The notes beneath the pieces were generated by a model. That model saw only the letters and a list, made by a program, of their open reading frames with translations, ran no database searches and had not been told where the DNA came from. A DNA stretch of 64,000 bases from an uncultured Verrucomicrobiae bacterium (GTDB lineage Bacteria; Verrucomicrobiota; Verrucomicrobiia; Chthoniobacterales; JAFAMB01), in NCBI GenBank assembly GCA_963793135.1, contig CAWBYX010000028.1, positions 119,886 through 183,885 on the forward strand, read 5' to 3'. Shown here in pieces: positions 1 through 11,000 of this stretch (positions are counted from its first letter, which is position 1; the number at the start of each line of letters is the position of its first letter). Both the position numbers and the translations under genes were made by a program.

Positions 1-433
1 CAACCACGGGTCGATTTCGTGGCGTGAGACGGGACCGTTGTGGTGCGTGGTGCGGCGCAGCAACCGGGCGATGAACTCAATCGCCAATGGGTGATTCTGT
101 TTCATCGCCCTTTGGAAAGCGTTGCCATCGAGTGTCCCGACATTGGCGAGCACAAGTTCTTTGAGTTCCTGTCCAAAGTTCATAGCATTCGCGCTCACCT
201 GCCAAGCGCCGGCCTCGATGGTGTCTGGCGTGACGGAAGTTGGGTTGGTCGTGTCGCGGCCTTCGTTCCAGTTCCACGAGGATTCAAAGCCGGCGAGCAC
301 GCGCAGCACTTCCAGCATGACAGCGCGTCGATGGGGGACGCCCTCCCAGGGCCCGAGCGTATCAATCACGCTGGAATAAATGTCGTTGAACGGATCGGGC
401 GCGAATATCTCGTCAGGTGAGCGCCTTCCCCAT
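1..433 (-). CDS. Hypothetical protein, partial at left edge; possibly lysozyme/muramidase-like
   Basis: The minus strand is open from ATG at 433 through the window edge: MGRRSPDEIFAPDPFNDIYSSVIDTLGPWEGVPHRRAVMLEVLRVLAGFESSWNWNEGRDTTNPTSVTPDTIEAGAWQVSANAMNFG... The track ORFs here are in other frames. The functional guess rests only on the FESSW...GAWQVS pattern. Confidence 0.5.
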
Positions 434-1119
434 ATAACGAGCTGATCTAGAAAGTCGTCGGGTGCAACGCCTCTATTTGCGACGTGTTGTTTGGTGGCGA
501 TAAAGTGCATAGGTAGTTGGTAGTTATAATGATTTTGCTTCTGCCGCTGATTACGGCGACGACGTTAGTTACTAGTAGTTAGCTGCGTCCCGGCTTCGGT
601 TAGCAAAGTTTCCTCTCTTTCCCATGTATTGCATTCCCGATCGGTGCTTACTGATTTCAACGAAGAAAGCTGTCCGATCCCTCAGAAAAATTTTCTGATG
701 TGCAAAAACGCATCTTTTCCAAGAAAAGCCTGCGGGCGTGACAAATCTTCATCCAAACGGACTTTGGCGAGATTTCGAGTGATTTTTGCGGGCCAGGCTC
801 CTGAAGACGCCACAATCCGCACCGGTGTGAACTAAAAAATAGCCGAACCTGCGCGCGCAAAGTTTATTGATCGCACTACGATCCTTATTTAGTGGGAGGC
901 ATACCGCCGTCGGCTGCGAATAAAGCCCTCGGCAAGATCAGCCGGCAGCGAAGCTTAGCTCCCCGGATAGCCTTGGAGAAAGTCTTTTCTCTCTGATTCT
1001 AGATTAGCACGGTTGTTCCACTCTATTGGAGTAAGGATCCGTCTGCAGCGCGGTGGCCATTTTCAACTTGTCACGGAGAGTTAAGCTATGCAGAACAGTC
1101 CCTAACATCTGCGCGTTGT

Positions 1120-2525
1120 ATGTTGTGTGAATTCGATGATGCCTCTTGGAATGATCTTTTAACTCGGATTGCCGAGGGCGAGGTTATACCTGTGGTCGGA
1201 CGGGGCGCGGTTACCTTTGGGTCAAGCGATGAGCTTTTATATCCTCGGCTCGCGCGTCGCCTGCCTGCCGAACTTGATCCGCCCTTGACGTTCGAGAAGC
1301 CGCCGATCGATCTGCAGGAAGTCGTCGATGCCCACCGGGCGAACGGGCGGCCCATTGAGCGTATTTACAAGCGTCTCTACAGGATGGTGGAAAACCCCGA
1401 TCTGCGTCCCGGGGTCACGCTTGCTGCGCTTGCCGCCATCGAAGGATTCCAGCTCTTCATCAGCACAACGTTCGATCCCCTGTTGGCACGAGCGGTCGAG
1501 AGCGCCTCGCCTGGCGGGAATCCCGAAGAACGCCGCGGCGCAAGTTCCTTGCGTGACGCCTGTCCCGATCTGCCGTTAGAGCTCTCAAAGATGCAGAACT
1601 CGGACCAACGCTTCGTCTATCAGATCCTCGGCCAGGCCAAAGCCTACCGCGACTTTGTCGTCTGGGATGATGACATGTTTCGCTTCCTCCTGCGCCTCGA
1701 CCAGCAACTCCCTCTGCTTCCAAAGCTCTCTGAAGCTCTCCAGAAGAGCCACTTCCTCGTCCTGGGCCTCAGTTTTACCGACTGGCTTTTGCGCTTCTTT
1801 GTCCAGGTCATCAAACATCAGCCCCTGTCAGAACTCGCCAGCAGCGAACTATACGTTTTCGAAAAGCTCGATTCCGCCGAGCGCGACAAGGTCGTTGTCT
1901 ACTTTAGCCGGCTCAGCAAACAAATCCGCGTCTTCCCTACCGACCCCATTGACTTCATATCCGAACTGCATACTCGCTGGCGTAAGAAGCACCCTGCGCC
2001 GGTGGGAGATCCGTACCTTATGAACAAAGCAAATCGTCAAAAGCAAGGCGCCCGCGGCTGCATCTTTGTCAGCTATGCGTCGCCGGACTTGGAAATCGCG
2101 CGTTTCCTCGTCAGCCAACTTCAGAAGGCCGGTTGTTTGGTCTGGTTCGACAAAGAGCAAATCCAGCCAGGCGAAAATTGGGAGGATGAATTGCACAAAG
2201 CCGTCGAGGAGCGTTGCGGTCTTTTCTTGAGCATTATTTCCACACCACAGCGCAGTCCGGCTCGAAGGCTACAACATTCTCGAACGTAAGCTCGCGGCCA
2301 AACGGCGCGAAAAGCTTGCTGACAATGCCATCTTCTATCTGCCGCTGCGCATTGATGACGGCGACCCGCTCATCCCGGAGAATGAGCCGCGTGGCACCGG
2401 TAAAATCCAAGGCGTTCGCAAGTCCGGGCGGTCATCTCGATGAAGACTTCATCGGCTACCTGCGCGAGAAACAGCGTGAAAACTGCGCAGCCCTCGGCTA
2501 CCCTTGCCGCCAGAATCTCCCGTAG
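1120..2525 (+). pseudogene. SIR2-like domain + TIR domain protein, with at least two frameshifts in the TIR part
   Basis: The ORF 1120..2289 has an N-terminal SIR2_2-like region (IPVVGRGAVTFG, LFISTTFDPLL, HFLVLGLSFTDWLLRFF) and a TIR region (GCIFVSYASPDLEIARFLVSQLQKAGCLVWFDKEQIQPGENW). The TIR tail continues in another frame as RLEGYNILERKLAAKRREKLADNAIFYLPLRIDDGDPLIPENEPRGTGKIQGVRK, then in a third as GGHLDEDFIGYLREKQRENCAALGYPCRQNLP*. Confidence 0.75.
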
Positions 2526-2528
2526 ACA

Positions 2529-4787
2529 ATGCCGCTGCCCGATTCAGACGACGGGGTTGCCGTCGCAGTGGTGCTTCTCTTGGCGAGCAAGCTTCCAGCG
2601 CGGCACCTCGCCCTGTGGCCGATCTCGAGCACCCGTGGCTTGGGCTGGAAAGTTTTCGGGAGGAAACCCGCGCCTACTTCTTCGGACGAGACACCGAAAC
2701 CGCCGAAATACATCTTCGCTTGCGCAGCCAACCGCTGCTGGTCCTCTATGGCCGCAGTGGCTTTGGGAAAGACGAGCATCCTCAGTGCCGGTCGTGATCC
2801 CGCGGCTGCGCAGAGAGGGCTATCGCGCCTCAATCCATCGGCTTAGATACGAGCAAGAGGATCCTGGCCCGCACGATCAACTCTTATTCCATTTGGGTGT
2901 GCGGGATGTCAACCGCGCTATTCCATTTCCATTGCCCAATGACGCGGCTAGCCGCCTGTGGCTGCATATGCACCGAAAGCTTCCGTGGTCCGGCGTCACC
3001 CACCTCATTCTCGATCAATTCGAAGAAGTTTTCATTGTTGAAACGCAGCGACCGGAGACCGTGGAAGAGGTTCGCGAAGCTCTCGGAATTCTCATCCAGG
3101 GGATCGTTCCTGCGTCAGTAGCCAGACTGTCTCGCTGAGGAAGAGACTTTCTTTGACTACTTCGACCCCGACTCCCAGCCTGTGCGGGTCATTCTCGCCT
3201 TACGCGACGACTACATTTATGCGCTGAACCGCTGGCGACGTCACCTTCCTCAGCTTGGCCAAAACTACTTCGAGCTGCACGCCCTTCGCGGTCCCGCTGC
3301 GTTCGATGCTGTCTTTGAGCCCGCGTCGGCTACGCGCTCACAAGCGTGAAGAAAACGGCACTCTCGTCGACGCCGACACAGGGCTGCCACCGATTGTCTC
3401 CGAGGCCACTGCTAGACGCATCGTTCGTTTCATTGCCGAGAAGAAAGAAGACGTGCCGCTTGAGGAGATAGAAGCCGTCCCACCAATCCTCTCGCTGTTA
3501 TGCCGTGAGCTAAATGAACGCCGCTACCCGCAGCCGCCCGGTGCCTTTGGACCCGCCGATGGCCGAGATAGTGTTTGATGAACGAGATGACAATGTCGAA
3601 ACCATTCTGCGAGACCTTCTACGAGCGCTGTGTGGCAGGTCGTCCGGAAGCTGTGCGCGTCTTCATCGAAGAAGACCTGGTGAGCCACAGCGGTATCCGC
3701 CTGCAAAACGACGAGCACAGCATTGTCGATATCTTCGCCAACGGCTGCGAAGTCCCGGGCGACGAAATGGGTCGATACGCTGCTGGGTATGGCGACCGCG
3801 ACGCTGCAACCGACTGTTTGCGTGAGCTCGTGGTGGCTAGCGGGTGGTAACGGCCTCAGGGATAATATGGCGCGAATCTGGGATGGGCGATCCCAACGCA
3901 TGAGGAACCGTGCGGCTGACGGCTGGGTTTATTCAGCGCCTTCGGTGCGGATGGCCAACGGTGTGACGGCCTCAAGGTAAGACGGCGCGAGTATGGGTGC
4001 GGCGACCGGGAAGCATCGGGGAACCGATGCGGCTGAGGGCGGTTCTTTCAGCGCAGTTCAGCGCGGTGGCCGACGGTGGTGACAGCTTCAGAGGATAAGA
4101 CGGCGCGAGTATGGGATGCGGCGACCGGGAAAGCATCGGGGAACCGATGCGGCATGAGGAGGCGGTTCTTTCAGTGCAGTTCACTACGGATGGCCAACGG
4201 GTGGTAACAGCTTCAGAGGATAAGACGGCCCGAATCTGGGATGCGGCGACCGGTAAAGCATCGGGGAACCGATGCGGCATAACGGCTGGGTTTACAGCTC
4301 AATTCAGTGCCGATGGCCAACGGGCGGTGACGGCGTCAGAAGATACGACGGCGCGAGTTTGGGATGTGGTGACCGGGAAAGCATCGGGGAACCGATGCGG
4401 CATGAGGACGCAGTCATTTCAGCGCGGTTCAGTGCGGACGGCCAACGGGTGGTGACAGCCTCAGAGGATAAGACGGCGCAAGTCTGGGATGCGCCGACCG
4501 GTAAAGCAATCGGAGAACCAATGCGGCATGACGGTCGGTTAATGCCGCGCAGTTCAGTGCGGATGGCCAACGGGTGGTGACAGCCTCAGAGGATAAGACG
4601 GCCCGAGTCTGGGATGCGTCGACCGGTAACGCAATCGGGGAACCGATGCGGCACGAGGACGCGGTTCGTTCGGCGCAGTTCAGTGCGGATGGCCAGCGGG
4701 TGTGACCGCCTCATGGGAAAGAGGGCGACCGGATGCGGCAGACCGGAACGAACGGGGAACGAGAGGACGAGGACGCGATTAATTAAA
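2529..4787 (+). pseudogene. nSTAND1-like NTPase with C-terminal WD40-type repeats, multiply frameshifted
   Basis: Across frames: HPWLGLESFREETRAYFFGRDTETAEIHLRLRSQPLLVLYGRSGFGK|TSILSAG, IPRLRREGYRASIHRLRYEQ..., THLILDQFEEVF, VRVILALRDDYIYALNRWRRHLPQLGQNYFELHAL, then [27 protein letters not shown]-type repeats. Confidence 0.75.
3865..4745 (+). repeat. Tandem ~125-bp coding-derived repeats encoding WD40-like units
   Basis: GACCGG(G/T)AAAGC...GAACCGATGCGG...TCAGTGCGGATGGCCAACGGG...GAGGATAAGACGGC...TGGGATG recurs. Landmark spacings are 119, 125, 123, 125 and 125 bp (4004, 4123, 4248, 4371, 4496, 4621). Confidence 0.85.
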
Positions 4788-4798
4788 CCCAGTTAACC

Positions 4799-5275
4799 CT
4801 AAAAAGGTATATCGTCCGGCTCGGTGTCCAGGTCCGGGTCGCGCGGTTCGGGCCGGGCAGGGGGAGCGGACGTGGTGGGAGTGCGGCGAGGTGCGGAAGC
4901 CGAGAACGAGCCGGAAGCGGGGGAGCCGCCCTCAGCATCTTGCCGGCTGCCCAGCAGTTGTAGATTTTCGGCGACCACCCGAAGCCGGGAACGTTTTTGG
5001 CCAGTTTGCTTGTCGTCCCAGCTGTCCAATTGGAGACGACCCTCGATAAAGACCGGGCGGCCTTTTTTCAGATACTGCCCGGCAACCTCCGCCTGTCGTG
5101 CCCAAAGCGTGACGTCGACAAATGTCACTTCCTCCTTCTTTTCACCGTCTTCTCCTGAGTAGACCCGGTTGACTGCAAGACCAATCTCCGTGACCGCAGT
5201 GCCCTTGGGTGTGTAGCGCACCTCAGGATCGCGAGTGAGATTGCCGATTAAGAGGACGCGGTTGAGATTTGCCAT
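4799..5275 (-). CDS. ssb: Single-stranded DNA-binding protein
   Basis: MANLNRVLLIGNLTRDPEVRYTPKGTAV... OB-fold, acidic tail ending DDIPF. Confidence 0.97.
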   Translation of the reverse strand: MANLNRVLLIGNLTRDPEVRYTPKGTAVTEIGLAVNRVYSGEDGEKKEEVTFVDVTLWARQAEVAGQYLKKGRPVFIEGRLQLDSWDDKQTGQKRSRLRVVAENLQLLGSRQDAEGGSPASGSFSASAPRRTPTTSAPPARPEPRDPDLDTEPDDIPF

Positions 5276-5284
5276 AAGCGATGT

Positions 5285-5602
5285 CTAGGCTTTCGAAGTT
5301 CGGGCAGGTACCTTAAGCGGTAACCTCTGATAATGCTGGAGAAAAATGATGGGATCGAGCTTAAATTTGCCGCGCAGCTTGGTGATCAAAGTTGGATCTG
5401 CTTCGAAAATAAAATTGACGTAATAGGCGGAGTCAAGGTGACGGGGGCTGTACGCCAGAGGGCGTTTATCCATTTTTTGGACTTGTTCCACCTCGGCGCC
5501 CTCTTTCGCAAAGTCCGATTCCAGACGTTCGATGATCTCTTTCACGCTGTCTTCCTGGCCATGAGTATCAACGGCCAGCAAGCATTCATAACGATTGTTC
5601 AT
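5285..5602 (-). CDS. rpsF: 30S ribosomal protein S6
   Basis: MNNRYECLLAVDT...DKRPLAYSPRHLDSAYYVNFIFEAD; sits in the conserved prs-ctc-pth-rpsF-ssb context. Confidence 0.93.
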   Translation of the reverse strand: MNNRYECLLAVDTHGQEDSVKEIIERLESDFAKEGAEVEQVQKMDKRPLAYSPRHLDSAYYVNFIFEADPTLITKLRGKFKLDPIIFLQHYQRLPLKVPARTSKA

Positions 5603-5614
5603 AATGTTTCAATA

Positions 5615-6175
5615 TTATTCTGCTCTGTTGTAACTGTTCATCGCCGAGGCGATCCCTTGCTCCGCGACATGCTCAATGGCCTCTGCCGCACGCTCGATTG
5701 CCCTCTCCATGGTTGGCTTTTCCAACCGGTCGAATTCACCCAGGACATGGTCGCTCAAGGCTTCCGCACTCGAACCGCCAATCCCAACCCTCAAGCGCAT
5801 AAAGTTCTCGCCCAGATTGACGATCATCGATTTCAACCCGTTGTGGCCGCCGTCGCTTCCAGTTGGCCGCAGCCGGAGCCGGCCAAGCGGCAGAGCCACA
5901 TCATCGACCACGACCAGGATCTCTTCCGGCTGAACCTTAAAGTAACGCGAGAATTTGCCAATGACATCTCCCGTTCGGTTCATATAGGTCAGTGGCTTGA
6001 TCAAAAGGATGTCGCCCCATTTTCCCAATTCTGAGCTCCAAGCCGCCGATCTTGAAAAAGTCACCCTGTTTTTTCCCGCCAAACAATCGAGCACCATGAA
6101 GCCAACGTTATGCCGCGTGCCGCTATACTGGAGCCCAGGATTTCCCAGGCCAGCTACGAGACGCAGACTAGCCAT
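5615..6175 (-). CDS. pth: Peptidyl-tRNA hydrolase
   Basis: LVAGLGNPGLQYSGTRHNVGFMVLD...KPLTYMNRTGD...VGIGG. Confidence 0.97.
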   Translation of the reverse strand: MASLRLVAGLGNPGLQYSGTRHNVGFMVLDCLAGKNRVTFSRSAAWSSELGKWGDILLIKPLTYMNRTGDVIGKFSRYFKVQPEEILVVVDDVALPLGRLRLRPTGSDGGHNGLKSMIVNLGENFMRLRVGIGGSSAEALSDHVLGEFDRLEKPTMERAIERAAEAIEHVAEQGIASAMNSYNRAE

Positions 6176-6181
6176 GGACAG

Positions 6182-6850
6182 TTAAGGCTGAGGAGTCTCC
6201 TGTTTGGCTTCTCCCTTCTTCTCGGTGATGACCTCGGGAGCCGCCGGGGTTTCCGCGGTTTCTGTGACTTCTTCGCCCACCCGCGAAGCAACCACACTGA
6301 CAACGGTCAAATCTTCAGGGGTGAGTGATTCAACGCCTGAAGGAAGAGGAATATCGCGGACGTGAAGCGATTCGCCGATATTCAAGTTGGTCACATCGAT
6401 CCGAACGATTTCAGGCAGATCTTGCGGGAAACATTCGACTTCCAGCGTGCGTAAAGAATGTTCCAGCAGTCCACCGAAGGTTCTGACTCCCAAGGCGTCA
6501 CCGACGGCTTCAATCGGAACTTCGGAGGTGATCTTCTCGGTTGCGGAAACGGCATGAAAATCGACATGGAGCAATTCCGGCCGTAAAGGGTGATGCTGCA
6601 CTTCCTGAATCAGGGCCAGTCGATTGGTGCTTTGGCTGCCGTCCGCGATCTCCAGTTCCACTAAAACGTGTTCGCTCAAGGCGTGTGCAAGCACGTTGGT
6701 CAGGGCACGGCCTTCCACTTGAAGGGCTATTGGCTCCCCCTGCGAGCCATAAATGACGCCGGGAACCAATCCTTGTGCTTTGATCTTCTTTATAGCGTTC
6801 CGACCGACTACGGTCCGTTTTTCCGCTTTCAGCTTAACTTGTTGAGCCAT
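6182..6850 (-). CDS. rplY: 50S ribosomal protein L25 / general stress protein Ctc
   Basis: L25-type N domain (LKAEKRTVVGRNAIKKIKAQGLVPGVIYG) and TL5-like C-terminal domain. Confidence 0.95.
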   Translation of the reverse strand: MAQQVKLKAEKRTVVGRNAIKKIKAQGLVPGVIYGSQGEPIALQVEGRALTNVLAHALSEHVLVELEIADGSQSTNRLALIQEVQHHPLRPELLHVDFHAVSATEKITSEVPIEAVGDALGVRTFGGLLEHSLRTLEVECFPQDLPEIVRIDVTNLNIGESLHVRDIPLPSGVESLTPEDLTVVSVVASRVGEEVTETAETPAAPEVITEKKGEAKQETPQP

Positions 6851-6856
6851 GATTCT

Positions 6857-7798
6857 TTAGATTTGTTTTGCGTTGATCTCGAAAAGTGAACTCACCGATT
6901 CGTTGGTGTAAATCCGGTGAATGCCTTCAGCGAGGATCTCAGCGATCGAAAGGACGGTGATGTGACATTGCGGGTGGAGTTTGACCGGAGTGCTATCGGT
7001 GGTGATTAGTTCCTTAATTTCCGATTTTATCAGTCTCTCGTGGGCGATCTCGGTAAAGACAGCGTGGGAAACTCCCGTGTAGATATCTTTGGCACCATAT
7101 TTTCTCAACAGGCTGGCTGCGTTGGTCAGGGTGCCGGCGGTTTCCGTCAGGTCATCCACCATGATGACGTTTTTGCCGTCCACCTCGCCAATTACCGTCA
7201 GGGCCTCTGTTTCGGTAGGACTGATCCGTCGTTTAGCAACGATTGCCAGTGTCGCTCCCAGAGCCTCGGCGTAGGCAGATGCCAATTTCAGTCCGCCGAC
7301 ATCTGGCGAGACGACGGCCAAGTTCTCGATCTTTTTCTGGCGGATATAGCGGATCAGGACCGGTGCAGCGTAAAGATGATCGACCGGGATGTCGAAAAAT
7401 CCCTGGATCTGTTGGGCATGCAAATCGAGTGTCAACACTCGGCTGGCGCCGGCGGCGACAAGTAAATTGGCGACCAGTTTGGCCGTGATGGGGACGCGCG
7501 GCTGATCTTTGCGGTCTTGGCGAGCATACCCAAAATAGGGAATGACCGCTGTGATGCGATAGGCGCTTGCGCGTCTGGCCGCATCGATCAGGATCAGGAG
7601 CTCCATCAAATTCTGGTTGGTGGGGGGGCAGGTTGGTTGAACGATGTAAATGTCGCGACCACGGATATTTTCGTTGATCTTAACCCGCGTCTCCCCGTCC
7701 GGAAAAGAGCTGACAACAGCGTCGCCGAGGGGGGCGCCGATTGCCTGACATATTCTCGTGGCCAGATCGCGATGCGCTGATCCAGAAAATATCTTCAT
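6857..7798 (-). CDS. prs: Ribose-phosphate pyrophosphokinase
   Basis: MKIFSGSAHRDLATRICQAIGAPLGDAVVSSFPDGETRV...DLHAQQIQGFFDIPVDHLYA...VIMVDDLTETAGT. Start set at the internal ATG (7798). Confidence 0.96.
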   Translation of the reverse strand: MKIFSGSAHRDLATRICQAIGAPLGDAVVSSFPDGETRVKINENIRGRDIYIVQPTCPPTNQNLMELLILIDAARRASAYRITAVIPYFGYARQDRKDQPRVPITAKLVANLLVAAGASRVLTLDLHAQQIQGFFDIPVDHLYAAPVLIRYIRQKKIENLAVVSPDVGGLKLASAYAEALGATLAIVAKRRISPTETEALTVIGEVDGKNVIMVDDLTETAGTLTNAASLLRKYGAKDIYTGVSHAVFTEIAHERLIKSEIKELITTDSTPVKLHPQCHITVLSIAEILAEGIHRIYTNESVSSLFEINAKQI

Positions 7799-8098
7799 TT
7801 CTCGGTTAAATGGTGTCATAGCCAGGCGAAAGGAACACAGAGTGTAATACTGAAATCTGGTTTTGCAAGAGGGGACGGGGCGTTCGGCGTTGGGTTCAGC
7901 GTTGCTTTCACGGCGTTTTTCGGCGGCGGTTGGGTACGACTCCGGCCGGGCTCCGGTCTTGTCGAACACGTCACCCCCTCAAGATTAGTCGTGTGGCCAG
8001 GCATACCGCGTGCGGACGAATTGCGGGTGCTCGAACGCATGAACGCTGAACGCCGGCTGAACGCTGAGCCTACGCTACCAACGCCGAACGCCTCCTGT

Positions 8099-11000
8099 TC
8101 AGGACAGCAACTCGGTGAGTTTTGTCCGGAGGATTTCCTCATCTCGAACCGAGTAGCCTGGATCAGCCTTCAGGCGGACCTCGTGGCCGTCGAGCGAATG
8201 GAAACGCAGATAAAGCGGCTGTGCCCCTGGGAATTGGCAGACCAGGTCGCGGATGGCGATCAAACGTTCTTCATCGACCTTTTCCATAGAGATGTCGATT
8301 GTCAGGGCCTTGGTTGACTTTCGGCTGTTCAGTGGCCCGATTTCATTTGCCACGATCCGGATGTTTTCCTCCCGCTTGTCCAATTTCCCGGTGATCGCGA
8401 CAATTCTTCCTTTATCAATCTGTTTGGCTGCTTTCGCGTAGACCTCTCCCCAAACCATGACCTCGACGGATCCGGTAAAGTCTTCAACCGTCAGGATGGC
8501 AAACGGCTTTCCCTCTTTGCGGGTAAGCTTCTTGTCAAAGGCAGAGATCGAACCGGCAATTTTGGCTGTGCCCTTGTCCTCCTGTTCGGCTAGATCACTG
8601 ATTTTCGTATACCCTCCTCCCTCGATACTCTCTCGATAGGCGTCCAGCGGATGTCCGGTTACGTAGAAGCCCAAGAGGTCTCTTTCATGCCCTAGCTTTT
8701 CGGCGATCGACCAAGGCGTGAAATGGACTTTGTCACCGTTTGCTTTTGGAGTCGCCGCCATCTCCAGCTCGCCAAATAACGAAACCTGGCCGCTTCGTCT
8801 GTCCCTGTGCGCGGAGGCACCGGCGGACAAAGCTTGATCGATTCCCTCAAACAGTTCCGCACGATCTTTCCCGGTGAAATCGAAGGCTCCAGCCCGGATC
8901 AGATTTTCCAGGATCTTGCGGTTGACCGACTTGGAATCCAGGCGGCTGCAGTAATCCTCGACAGATTTGAACGGACCATTCTTTTGACGTTCGATGATCG
9001 CAGATTCCATGGCGGCTTCGCCGATATTTTTGATCGCGGCGAGACCGTATCGAATACCCCGCTGCTCGGCGTGCGTTTCAGGGACAAACTTTAAATGGCT
9101 CCGGTTGACGTCCGGGGCCAGAATCGATATCCCGAGTCTCTGGCATTCCGCGACAAAGACGGCAATTTTATCCGTGTTGTTAACTTCGTTGCTGAGTAGT
9201 CCGGCCATGAATTCAACCGGATAATTCGCTTTCAGATAAGCGGTTCGATAGCTGATCAACCCATAAGCGGCGCTGTGACTCTTATTGAAACCGTATCCGG
9301 CGAACTTTTCGAGGAGATCGAAAATGGCATTGGCTTTCTTTTCGTCGATGCCGTTTACCCGAGCGCATCCCGCGATAAAGTTGACGCGTTCCTTCGCCAT
9401 CTTCACCTTGTCCTTTTTCCCCATCGCTCGCCGGAGAAGATCGGCCTGACCAAGGGTGTATCCGGCCAGAACGTTCGCTGCACGCTGGACCTGTTCCTGG
9501 TAGATCATGATCCCGTACGTATTGGCGCAGACCTCTTTCAGCAGCGGATGCTCATATTTGATTTTGGTCTGGCCCTTCTTGCGCTTGATGTAGTCGGGAA
9601 TCAGCTCCATGGGGCCGGGGCGATAGAGCGCGATCAGGGCGATGATATCGTCGATACTATTGACATCGAACTGTTTGCAGAGATTCACCATTCCCCCGGA
9701 TTCCAACTGAAACACGCCAATCGTTTCGCCGCGATTGAGCAGTTCAAACGTAGGTCGATCATCGAGTGGCAGCGCTTCGAGTGAAAAATCCGGGTGCCGA
9801 TCCCGAATCAGGGCCGTTGCATCCTGCAGAACCGTGAGTGTTTTAAGCCCAAGGAAATCCATCTTCAACATGCCCAGGTCCGTGAGCGGGCCCATCGCAT
9901 ACTGGGTCACGACTTCATCGTCGTTGCCGCGGCAAAGAGGAATGTAGTTGTCGAGCGGACGATCGCCGATCACCACGCCCGCAGCGTGAATACCGGTGTT
10001 CCGAGTCAGACCTTCCAGAACGGTCGCGTAGCTCCAAAGTTGCTGCGTGCTCTCTTCGGTTTCGACGGCTTGCTTCAATTCCGGGTTCTTCTCAAAAGCG
10101 CCTTTCAGCGTGATCCCGAGTTCGTTCGGGATCATCTTTGCGATGCGATCGCCATCCGAATAACTGAGGCCCATCACCCGGCCAACGTCTCGAACCACGC
10201 TCTTGGCCCCTAGCGTGCCAAAGGTGATAATCTGCGAGACTGCGCGCGCACCATACTTTCGCCGCACGTACTCAATCACTTCACCTCTTCGGTTCTGGCA
10301 GAAATCGACATCGATATCTGGCGGGCTCACACGTTCCGGATTGAGAAACCGCTCGAAAATCAGCTCAAATCGCAGCGGGTCAAGATCGGTGATCCCCAGG
10401 ACATAGGCTGCGAGCGATCCTGCCGCGGAGCCGCGTCCGGGCCCCACCGGGATGCCATGTTGTTTTGCGTAATGGATAAAATCCCAGACAATGAGGAAAT
10501 AGCTGACGAATCCGGCCTTCTCCAGGACCGATAGTTCATATCCTAAGCGTTGCCGAAGTTCCTGGTCGGTTTCGGCTCGGTCCCCGTATCGCTCTCGCAA
10601 ACCGCTCTCGCAAAGCTCGCGAAGGTATCCTTCACGCGTTTTCCCTTCCGGCGGCGCGTAATCCGGGTATTTCGAAACGCCAAACTCAAGTTTGAGATCG
10701 CAGGCTTCCGCGATGCGAAGCGTGTTGGTCAGGGCTTCTGGAAGGTCGCGAAAAATGGCCCGCATTTCCTCTGCAGATTTGAAATAGACTTCGGTCGGAT
10801 AATGCATCCGGCGTTCGTCGTGGACCATTGACCCGGTGCCGATACAGATCATGACGTCGTGCGCTTCATGATGGGATCGCTCCAGAAAGTGGACATCGTT
10901 TGCAGCCACCAAGGGGAGTTCCATTTTCTTGGAAATCTCCAGAAGCGCTCGGTTACAGAGGTGTTGCGCCTCCAGTCCGTGATCATGAAGTTCGAGATAA

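Noticed and set aside
430-1119. Small ORFs 629..835 (+) and 657..860 (-)
   Set aside because: Overlapping opposite-strand ORFs without recognisable family features; treated as noncoding spacer.
9275-10213. Plus-strand ORFs inside dnaE (9275..9784, 9794..10213)
   Set aside because: Antisense to a full-length, motif-complete DNA polymerase III alpha gene.
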